Positions 9,201-15,852 of a stretch of DNA of 39,517 bases are shown piece after piece. The stretch's first letter is position 1. The number at the start of each line of letters is the position of its first letter. Source of the DNA: Gemmatimonadales bacterium (GTDB lineage Bacteria > Gemmatimonadota > Gemmatimonadetes > Gemmatimonadales > GWC2-71-9). Under the pieces are notes generated by a model, which did not search any database, was not told the origin of the DNA, and worked only from the letters and a program-made list of their open reading frames with translations. Both the position numbers and the translations under genes were made by a program. The stretch lies in NCBI GenBank assembly GCA_043741355.1, contig JAYUAL010000438.1:1-39517 (forward strand). Reading direction: 5' to 3'.

Positions 9201-9493
9201 ACGCCAATCGCCCCGATCGAGGAGACTGCCTGATCGTCGAAGATCGGGGCCCAGTGCGTGCCTCCGTCGGAAGACTTGAACAGCCCGCCCGATGCCGCGC
9301 CGGCGTAATAGATTCGCGGATCTCCCGACACGCCCGAAACCGAGGAGATCCGGTTTCCCTCCGGGCCGATGTAGCGGAACTTGAGCTGGCTGTATTGGGC
9401 GGTATCGCTGGCGGGAGTCCGCTGGGACGCGGCCGGGGTGCCGAGGGTGACCAGGGCGAGCAGGGCTGCCGGAATCGCACGGCGCGGCATCAT
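6272..9493 (-). CDS. BNR/Asp-box repeat double beta-propeller protein (sortilin-VPS10/GH74-like), secreted
   Basis: The internal start MMPRRAIPAALLALVTLGTPAASQ is a signal peptide at 9493. At least 10 Asp-box motifs are present (SSDGGTHW, STDAGKSW, SGDGGKNW, SVDGGTTW, SDDAGESW, TTDGGRSW, SRDGGATW, TADYGKTW and others). The ATG overlaps the upstream stop (ATGA). Confidence 0.8.
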   Translation of the reverse strand: MMPRRAIPAALLALVTLGTPAASQRTPASDTAQYSQLKFRYIGPEGNRISSVSGVSGDPRIYYAGAASGGLFKSSDGGTHWAPIFDDQAVSSIGAIGVAPSDPNVVWVGTGEPFIRSHISLGWGVFKSTDAGKSWSRMGLDNTGRIARIVIDPRNPDVVLVAALGYAYGPQPERGVYRSGDGGKNWERVLFVNDSTGAIDLVMDPGNSRILYAATWQIEIHTWGRESGGAGSGIWKSVDGGTTWKRLSGHGLPETPVGKIGLAVARSNPNRVYALIETGDGVPVRGKDAGTGELWRSDDAGESWQLVSHDRQLAGRTAYYSRMAVAPDNENEAYFLSAFYSKTLDGGKTTIDPPNGEIPGGDHHDIWIDPIDANRQVVGHDGGISISINRGKTWNQIQPPVAQMYHVTVDNRIPYFVYGNRQDGPSTMGPSNSKFGPGEGSIPRGMFHSVAGGESGWATPDPEDPNIVWSTASGWGAAGGVVTRYDVRTGIAQNVEVWPDGPMGSPAADLKYRWIWNFPLTISPHDHNRVYVGSQYVHVTTDGGRSWKLLGPDLTRNDKSRQQSSGGLTPDNIGVEYAGTVYSIAESRLKAGLLWVGTNDGLVQLSRDGGATWVNLTANLPGLPAWATISHIEPSRYDTGTAYLAVDGHQVSNRDPWVYRTADYGKTWKLIVTGIPKSPLSFAHTVREDPVRRGLLYLGTENALYVSFDDGDNWQPLQSNLPHAPVYGIAIQEHFSDLVVATYGRGFWILDDITPLREMGPALVAKDLHLFAPRAAYRLRGVEAPFVVAYDPSAGQNPPNGVPLDYWLKAETKDSVTLGVQDGGGKTVRTIKGAPGKPGINRVWWDLRFDASKEAKLRTPPQYAPDITVGAAGRTAPDGVRLAILAPPGIYTVKVTASGRDATQRLEVRKDPGSGGSEEEIRAQTAVLMQIRTDLEAVAEMVNAIESGRSQLIALQNILGSDSAMIGLKAEADSLEKKFLSVEQNLVQLQLTGRGQDDVRYPMKLMGRLGWLADGISVSEFAPTSQQVEVQQLLHSQVQDARARLDALQKADLPAFTTKLRDRGVLNIMIPKP

Positions 9494-10602
9494 GGGAGCG
9501 TGTGCTCCTCGGCTGCCCCGGCCGCTGATGGCTGGGCGATTCCGCCGGAGAGGCGGGTCAGCAGGTCCGCCAACCTGAATTCCACCATGCCCAGCCGCCA
9601 GTCCCGCCTCGGCGCTGAGGCGGAGAGGTAGAGCCGCATGACGTCCCGGTCCGCGTCGTACAGCGCGCTGGCTCGATAGAGCATCGCGCTGGTCCACCGC
9701 TGGTCCTCGTGGCGCAGAAGCGGCACCGGATAGGTGGTCCATTGCACGCCATCGGAGCTTCGTGCAAAGAAGAGATCGTGCGGGCCACACCGGCGCACCG
9801 GGTAGGCGGGATAGACAGCCCAATACTCCCGGCGGGCGGCCACCCAAGCCACATCGATGTGCCAGATGTGGTACCCGGGCTGACTGAGCCCCGACGCGAG
9901 GGCCCGGCCCCACCCGCGCTCCAGACCGGGGTTCGCAAGGGGGCGCCGGCCATCGCCCTCCTGCAGCATCACCTGGGTCACCCGCCGGGGGCAATTCTTG
10001 TTGCCCGCGTTCACGTACCACAGCCGCGGATCCCGCGAGGCGGAGAGGACCATCGCGGGCGAGATCATGCCGTGATTCCGGCGCAGAAACGATTTCCGGG
10101 GCTGGCCCCAGGTCACCCCGTCCCTCGAGGTGAGCAGGCTCACGCGGTTGAAGCCAGCCCGCACCTCGCGGGTCAGCAGCACCAGCTGATCGGCCGCCGA
10201 GTCGTAGGAGAGGTCGGGATCGGAGTTGTAGGCGCCATCCGGGGGGCGGGGCACGATGGGATTCGAGAGCCCCGCCGGGACCTCCCAGGTGATCCCGTCA
10301 TGGCTCGCGACGATCGAAGGGTTCTCCATGTCCTCCTTGCCGCCGGGGAAGGGGGTGAACGCCATCCAGTACTCGAAGCCGCGCCATCGAGCGGGAAACC
10401 ACAGCACGTCGGGATGCACCGCCTGTCCCGAACCGTCGTAGGTGGGCACCACCAGCTGGGTAAGGGGGGTGACCGGAGTCACCTCGGGCGCCTGCAGGCC
10501 GAAATCCCGGAACTCGACGGCGGGTGCCATGACCTGCTCGCTCGCAGCACACCCCGCGCCCAGGGCGATGGCGCACCCCAGCGTCCATTTGACGAACCGC
10601 AT
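9490..10602 (-). CDS. Lipoprotein, predicted beta-propeller (GH43/GH130-like fold?); function unknown
   Basis: ATG at 10602. The N-terminus MRFVKWTLGCAIALGAGC is a signal peptide with a lipobox. Repeated segments of the type S.DG..W (ASHDGITW, TSRDGVTW, SSDGVQW) suggest propeller blades. Confidence 0.55.
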   Translation of the reverse strand: MRFVKWTLGCAIALGAGCAASEQVMAPAVEFRDFGLQAPEVTPVTPLTQLVVPTYDGSGQAVHPDVLWFPARWRGFEYWMAFTPFPGGKEDMENPSIVASHDGITWEVPAGLSNPIVPRPPDGAYNSDPDLSYDSAADQLVLLTREVRAGFNRVSLLTSRDGVTWGQPRKSFLRRNHGMISPAMVLSASRDPRLWYVNAGNKNCPRRVTQVMLQEGDGRRPLANPGLERGWGRALASGLSQPGYHIWHIDVAWVAARREYWAVYPAYPVRRCGPHDLFFARSSDGVQWTTYPVPLLRHEDQRWTSAMLYRASALYDADRDVMRLYLSASAPRRDWRLGMVEFRLADLLTRLSGGIAQPSAAGAAEEHTLP

Positions 10603-10717
10603 GCCTGCTCCGATTACTGGGAGGCTATGACCGTGGTGACGGGCCGAGAAGATCGCGCTTGGTGAGCCCCTCCGCCAGGGGTCGCACGCGGGGGTTGGGG
10701 TTCCTTAATCCAGAAGT

Positions 10718-11407
10718 TTACTTTAGGGTCAACCGCATCCTGGTGAAAAAGATCTCGTGCTGGCCCAGGAAACTCGACTGGGTACCGATGAAGATGAAGA
10801 ATCCCCCAGAGGCGTCGGTTACCACCGGCGCCGGCTGGGCGCGGATCGGAGTGCCCCAGGCGCTGTAGGTACCGGGTGTCGGACACCCCGTCAGGCCGCT
10901 GGTGATATCGCCCAACTGGGTGAACTGCCCCGCGCTGGTACCGGCGCCTTTGTCGATGTTGAGCCGGAGCACCCCCTGCGCATCGGTGGTGACAATGGGT
11001 TGGGTGGCGCTAACGCCCGCCTTTATTACGGTCAGCGGACCGGGCCCGGTGGTGCATCCGCCGTGAATATTGGTGGCATACTCCACCTGGATCGTGGCGG
11101 TGTACGTTCTGTTGGCGGGGAATCCCGCGACGTAGCGGATCTGATACATGAAGAGATCGCCGCCTACGTTGGTGCCGCTGAGATACAGCCCGACCGACGA
11201 CGTCGGCAGCGGCGCCGGGAGATTCCTGACATCCCCGACGAAGCCCACCGCCGCCGCCTGCGCGGCGGGATAGTCCGCCGTCGCGGCAACCCAGCCGGTG
11301 TTGAGGACATTGAAGTCGTAGGGAATGGTGAAGGCGGATGATAAATCGGTCGATCCGAGGCACCCGCCCAGAAGGAGGCCGGCGGCGGCACCCAATAGAC
11401 GCTTCAT
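10718..11407 (-). CDS. Hypothetical lipoprotein
   Basis: Internal ATG at 11407. MKRLLGAAAGLLLGGC is a lipoprotein signal. The body is Gly/Thr-rich and beta-rich. I recognised no family. Confidence 0.55.
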   Translation of the reverse strand: MKRLLGAAAGLLLGGCLGSTDLSSAFTIPYDFNVLNTGWVAATADYPAAQAAAVGFVGDVRNLPAPLPTSSVGLYLSGTNVGGDLFMYQIRYVAGFPANRTYTATIQVEYATNIHGGCTTGPGPLTVIKAGVSATQPIVTTDAQGVLRLNIDKGAGTSAGQFTQLGDITSGLTGCPTPGTYSAWGTPIRAQPAPVVTDASGGFFIFIGTQSSFLGQHEIFFTRMRLTLK

Positions 11408-11695
11408 GAGGAATCCCCTTTTACGCGACTGCCTGCCGAGGACTTCGAGTATAACGCCGGAGCCCGCCTTCGAGATTCGCTCCGGGGATGGCTCGCTCCG
11501 CGTGACCGGCGTCACCCGGACGCATCTCAACCTGCACGGTGTGCCGGGCGTCACCGCCTCCTTTCGGCCACCTCCCTATCGTGGATAATGCGCTACCCCC
11601 TGGCGGCTCTGATACTGGCGGGCTGCGGGTCGGCCGGCACGACATCCGCATGCCCGGGGCCCCCGAGCCTCGTTCTTATGTCAAATCTAGCGCAA

Positions 11696-11709
11696 TGTAA
11701 ACGTTTACA
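11696..11709. promoter_or_regulatory. LacI-family operator 1 (perfect palindrome TGTAAACGTTTACA)
   Basis: This is a perfect 14-bp palindrome matching the generic LacI/CcpA-type operator consensus. It lies in an AT-rich trough 106-119 nt upstream of the LacI-family gene. Confidence 0.6.
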
Positions 11710-11715
11710 GTACGT

Positions 11716-11729
11716 TGTAAACGTTTACA
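11716..11729. promoter_or_regulatory. LacI-family operator 2 (identical TGTAAACGTTTACA)
   Basis: This is an identical second copy, exactly 20 bp centre-to-centre from operator 1. Confidence 0.6.
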
Positions 11730-11814
11730 TTTGATCGGCCGGGCGAATCTATGCTGGTATCTTGTCCCGAGCACGCCGCTCTGCGCGATCGTCTGCGTTC
11801 CCCCGAGGCACTGC

Positions 11815-12819
11815 ATGGTGACCATCAGGGACGTCGCACGCGCCGCAGGAGTCTCGGTCGCTACCGCCTCCCGTGCGCTGCACAAAGGCCATCTGGTGGC
11901 CCACGACACTCGCGAGACCGTGCGGGCCGCGGCCGACCGGCTGCTCTACAGCCCCCACCGCGGCGCCCGCAGCCTCATCACCAGCCGGACCCTCACGATC
12001 GGGGTGCTGCTTCCCGATCTGTACGGCGAGTTCTTCTCCGAAGTCATTCGCGGCATCGACCAGACGGCCCAGGGGGCGGGGTATCACTGCCTCCTCTCCA
12101 GTGCCCGCCATGGGGGGCCAACCCTCGAGGCGGCGCTCCGCTCGATGCACGGACGGGTCGACGGGCTGGTGCTGATGTCGCCCGAATTCAATGGAGACCT
12201 CTCCAAGCGTGCGCTCCCCACTGGTTTCCCCGTCGTCCTGCTGAACTGTCCTCCTACTGATGCCGCCCACGACAGCCTCACGGTCGCGAACTACGAAGGG
12301 GCCCATGCGATGGTCCGGCATCTGGCGGAACTCGGGCACACCCGGATCGCGATCATCAAGGGCGCCGAGGGAAATTTCGATGCGGCGGAGCGGCTACGCG
12401 GGTATCGCGCCGCTCTCCGGGCGGTCGGTCTCCGATTCGCGCCGGAGCTCGTCGTCCCGGGCGACTTCAGCGAAGCGGCCGGCGACGCCGGCGCGCGCGC
12501 CCTGCTTCGGCTGGCCGACCGGCCGACTGCGATCTTCGCCGCCAACGACGGGATGGCGATCGGCACGCTCTTCGCGCTTCGCGATGCCGGCCTCAGGGTG
12601 CCGGAGGACGTCGCCATCGGCGGCTTCGATGACATCCCGATGTCCCGGTATTTGGAGCCGGCTCTGACATCGGTTCATGTGGACATCAGCGCGCTGGGGG
12701 AGCGCGCGGCAGCCCGCCTGTTCTTGGCGCTCGAGGGCCCGCCCGATACCAATTTCAGCCGTGAGACGCTGCCGACGACGCTGGTCGTGCGGCGCTCCTG
12801 CGGCGCCCGAGGGAACTGA
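11815..12819 (+). CDS. LacI-family transcriptional regulator
   Basis: Internal ATG at 11815. The N-terminal HTH is MVTIRDVARAAGVSVATASRAL. The C-terminal part is a periplasmic-binding-protein-like sugar-binding core. Confidence 0.9.
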   Translation: MVTIRDVARAAGVSVATASRALHKGHLVAHDTRETVRAAADRLLYSPHRGARSLITSRTLTIGVLLPDLYGEFFSEVIRGIDQTAQGAGYHCLLSSARHGGPTLEAALRSMHGRVDGLVLMSPEFNGDLSKRALPTGFPVVLLNCPPTDAAHDSLTVANYEGAHAMVRHLAELGHTRIAIIKGAEGNFDAAERLRGYRAALRAVGLRFAPELVVPGDFSEAAGDAGARALLRLADRPTAIFAANDGMAIGTLFALRDAGLRVPEDVAIGGFDDIPMSRYLEPALTSVHVDISALGERAAARLFLALEGPPDTNFSRETLPTTLVVRRSCGARGN

Positions 12820-12857
12820 AGCTCGCTCCGCACGCACCCAATCAGGGAGGATGCTGT

Positions 12858-15797
12858 ATGAGGATCGATCGAAATACCATTGCGCTGCTTTACCGGCTGC
12901 TCGGGGCCGTCCTGGTGCTCGCCGTCCTGCCCGCGGTGAAACCGCTGGCGGCCCAGACCACCACCGGCAGCATTCGGGGCTATATCCGGGGCGATAACGG
13001 CTCGCCGCTGGTCGCCGCCGAGGTCAGGGCCAGGAGCCTGGCGACCGGCAGCGCTCGCGTGGCGACCACCAATACGAAGGGGTTCTTCGCCCTCTCCGGC
13101 CTGGTCCCCGGGTCCTACGCCATCGAGGTGCGCAGCATCGGTTTCAAGCCGAGCGGGCGGACGGAGCGGGTCCAGATCGGTCAGGACCTGACCCTCGACT
13201 TTACCCTCCTGGCCTCGGCGGTGCAGCTGGAGGAGATCTCGGTGTCGGCGGCCCCCGCGGTGGAGACCCGTTCCACCGAGGTGGCGACCAACGTAGCCCC
13301 GACCCAGGTCGAGAATCTTCCCAAGTCGGACCGGAACTTCCTGGCCCTGGCGGTGCTGGCGCCGGGAGTGCGGCTCACGGGGGACCGGATCGGCGATACC
13401 AGGAAGACCATCAGCGCCGGCGCGCAGGGGGCCGAGCAGATCAACGTGTTCATCGACGGGGCCAGCTACAAGAACGACATCCTCAAGGGCGGGGTGGCTG
13501 GCCAGGACGCCAGCCGCGGCAATCCGTTCGCGCTGAACGCGGTGCAGGAATTCCGGGTCATTACCCAGAACTACAAGGCGGAGTACCAGAAGGCCTCCAG
13601 CGCGATCATCACCGCCACGACGAAATCGGGCGGTAATACCTGGACCGGGAACGCCTTCTTCGCCTATCAGAACAAGAGCTTGGTGGGGCTGGACACCTTC
13701 CAGCTTCGCGACAAATTCATCGCCGATAGTATCGCCAAGAAGAACACCACTCCTTCGACCTTCCGTAAGCCCGACTACAACCGATCCCTGGTCGGCTTCA
13801 GCGCAGGTGGGCCGCTCGTGAGGAACAAGCTGTTCTTTTTCGGGTCCTACGAAGGGAACTACCAGAACCGGTCCAACCGGGTCAGCATCGTCCCGCCGAC
13901 CGGCTTCCCGGCGCTCGACACCATCAATTTTGCCAAGTACAACGGCGATTTTGGCTCTCCCTTCCGGTCTTCGCTCTTCTTCGGGAAGTTGAGCTACGCC
14001 GCGAGCCCGACCTCCTCGATGGAGCTGAGCCTCAATACCCGCGCGGAGAACGATATCCGGGACTTCGGCGGACTCAGCGCCTTCAGCACCGCCACCCGTT
14101 TCAAAAACGCGGTCACCACGGGGCTCCTCAAGCACAGCTATTTCAAGGGAACCTGGCTCAACGAAGCGCTGTTGTCGTACCAGCGGTATCACTACAACCC
14201 GGTGGCCGCCAACCCCGATCAGGTCAACCGATTCTTCGGCTTCGGTTGCTGCGCGCAGATCGGGGGGAACATCTCCAACCAGGATTTCACCCAGAAGCGG
14301 CTGTCTTTGCGTGACGATCTGACCTACTCCGGGCTGCAGATGGCCGGCGCGCACGTACTCAAGGGCGGTCTCAACGTCGATTTCAGCCGCTACGACGTCA
14401 TCAAGCAGAACTCGGAGAATCCCCGCTTCGTCTACGAGTCGTGGTTCAACAACTTCGGATTCCCGCAGCGGGTGGAGTTCCAGGCCGGCGATCCGAACCT
14501 CAAGACCAAGAACACTCAGTTGGGCGCGTACCTGCAGGACGACTGGAGTCCTTCGGACCGGCTGACCTTCTATCTAGGTGCCCGCTGGGACTACGAATCG
14601 GGTGCGATCAACACGAAGTACGTCACCCCCCGGGACGTGGTCGACTCGCTCACGAAGTATCAGAGCCGGCTCTTCCGGCCCCTGGAGCCCAACCGCTACT
14701 TCACCGACGGCACCAAGCGGAGCGCCTATCTGGGCGCCTTCCAGCCGCGGGTCGGTTTCTCCTACGGGATCACCCGGGACAACCGTACCACCGTGTTCGG
14801 CAGCGTCGGACTCTTCTACGACCGCACCCTCTTCGACCTGGCCACGGAGGAGAAATTCGCGCTGCAGCACCCCGGCTACAACATCCAGTTCTACCCCACG
14901 GGGGGTCCCGCCGAGGCGGGCAAGGCCGAGTGGAAAAACTCGTATCTCTCGGGCCGGGCGGCTGCCAACGCACTCATCGCCGGCCGGGCCTTCAACACCC
15001 GGGAAATCAAGTTGCTTCCCAATGACCTCAAGCCTCCCAAGTCCACCCAGTTCAGCGCGGGGGTGCGGCAGCTCCTCGGCGATTTTGCGGTGGAGCTGGC
15101 GTACAACGGGGTCCGAAGCAACAACACCTTCACCTTCTACTGGGCCAACCAGAACTTCACCTGCCCGCAGCGCTCGTTCGGCGTGGCGGGGTGCTTCGTC
15201 TCCAACCAGATCCCCGGGTTCGGCACGGTGCTCTTCGCGGACAATACCGGGAAGACCTGGTACGATGCGGCTACCCTGAAGGTCGATCGCGCGTTCCGGT
15301 CGGGCCCAAAATTCGGGTGGGGAGGCGGAATCGCATACACCCTGGCCAGGCGGCAAACCCAGGGGTTCAACGACGATTTCAGCTTCCCCAATCCGGCCGA
15401 CTATCCCAAGCAGGTCCGTAACGACGAGCGGCACCGGGTGGTGGCCAACTGGGTGATCGGGATGCCGTCCGTCTTCAACATCTTCTTCAGCGGCATCGCC
15501 ACCGTCGGCAGCGGCACCAACATCGACGTGGGCGACCGTTTTGGCGGCACCGGTAACCCTCTGATTCCCGGGGGCTTCAACGCGCCCACCTACAAGATGC
15601 TCGACCTCCGTCTCAAGAAGGATTTCGTGTTCGGGCGGTCGCGCTTCGGATTGAGCATCGACGGGTTCAACGTCCTGAACAGTCAGAACCTCGGGTGCTA
15701 CAATACCGGCAACCCGGCCGATGGAGGTTTCGGCAAGGCCGGCTGCACCATTTCCGACCCGCGCCGGGTCCAGTTCGGGCTCGACCTCGGTTTCTAG
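12858..15797 (+). CDS. TonB-dependent outer-membrane receptor with N-terminal carboxypeptidase-regulatory-like domain
   Basis: GGGAGG lies upstream of ATG 12858 and the protein has a signal peptide. A CarboxypepD_reg-like segment is present (GSIRGYI...GFFALSGLVPGSYAIEVRSIGF), followed by a plug-like region. The 979-aa protein ends in ...FGLDLGF, a terminal aromatic residue. Confidence 0.9.
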   Translation: MRIDRNTIALLYRLLGAVLVLAVLPAVKPLAAQTTTGSIRGYIRGDNGSPLVAAEVRARSLATGSARVATTNTKGFFALSGLVPGSYAIEVRSIGFKPSGRTERVQIGQDLTLDFTLLASAVQLEEISVSAAPAVETRSTEVATNVAPTQVENLPKSDRNFLALAVLAPGVRLTGDRIGDTRKTISAGAQGAEQINVFIDGASYKNDILKGGVAGQDASRGNPFALNAVQEFRVITQNYKAEYQKASSAIITATTKSGGNTWTGNAFFAYQNKSLVGLDTFQLRDKFIADSIAKKNTTPSTFRKPDYNRSLVGFSAGGPLVRNKLFFFGSYEGNYQNRSNRVSIVPPTGFPALDTINFAKYNGDFGSPFRSSLFFGKLSYAASPTSSMELSLNTRAENDIRDFGGLSAFSTATRFKNAVTTGLLKHSYFKGTWLNEALLSYQRYHYNPVAANPDQVNRFFGFGCCAQIGGNISNQDFTQKRLSLRDDLTYSGLQMAGAHVLKGGLNVDFSRYDVIKQNSENPRFVYESWFNNFGFPQRVEFQAGDPNLKTKNTQLGAYLQDDWSPSDRLTFYLGARWDYESGAINTKYVTPRDVVDSLTKYQSRLFRPLEPNRYFTDGTKRSAYLGAFQPRVGFSYGITRDNRTTVFGSVGLFYDRTLFDLATEEKFALQHPGYNIQFYPTGGPAEAGKAEWKNSYLSGRAAANALIAGRAFNTREIKLLPNDLKPPKSTQFSAGVRQLLGDFAVELAYNGVRSNNTFTFYWANQNFTCPQRSFGVAGCFVSNQIPGFGTVLFADNTGKTWYDAATLKVDRAFRSGPKFGWGGGIAYTLARRQTQGFNDDFSFPNPADYPKQVRNDERHRVVANWVIGMPSVFNIFFSGIATVGSGTNIDVGDRFGGTGNPLIPGGFNAPTYKMLDLRLKKDFVFGRSRFGLSIDGFNVLNSQNLGCYNTGNPADGGFGKAGCTISDPRRVQFGLDLGF

Positions 15798-15852
15798 AGT
15801 CCGGGGGGCGAGGGGCACCGGGATCCTGCGGCGCCCTTCGCTACCCTTCGGC

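Noticed and set aside
9494-10021. The 176-codon N-terminal extension of the BNR protein ORF (track start 10021). Similar upstream extensions exist for ORFs 10718..11554, 11731.., 15721.., 17208.., 18437.., 19384.., 20106.., 23165.., 26826..28319, 29251.., 32512.., 34941..36002 and 36742...
   Set aside because: The extensions overlap the preceding gene and are Arg/Pro/Gly-rich. In each case an internal start immediately precedes a clean signal peptide, lipobox, HTH or family N-terminus, and it often overlaps the upstream stop as ATGA/GTGA.
10667-10681. A possible terminator hairpin (CCCCT-CCGCC-AGGGG) downstream of the lipoprotein gene 10718..11407.
   Set aside because: The stem is only 5 bp and there is no U-tract. 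This is too weak to call.
12675-14354. Long antisense or alternate-frame ORFs. Examples are 12675..14354(-) 559 aa, 7442..9631(+) 729 aa, 26718..28208(+) 496 aa, 27668..28831(-), 31092..32816(+) 574 aa, 36781..38349(-) 522 aa, 38286..39425(-) 379 aa, 14574..15947(-), 17412..18470(-), 21216..22067(-), 22128..23063(-), 23306..24256(-) and 166..1212(-).
   Set aside because: These ORFs are typical stop-codon-poor shadow frames of high-GC DNA. Their translations are Arg/Gly/Pro/Ala-rich low-complexity strings with no recognisable motifs. Each lies opposite a frame that has strong family motifs (TonB receptor, BNR protein, GH1 NEP/ENG, M20, CCP CxxCH and others).
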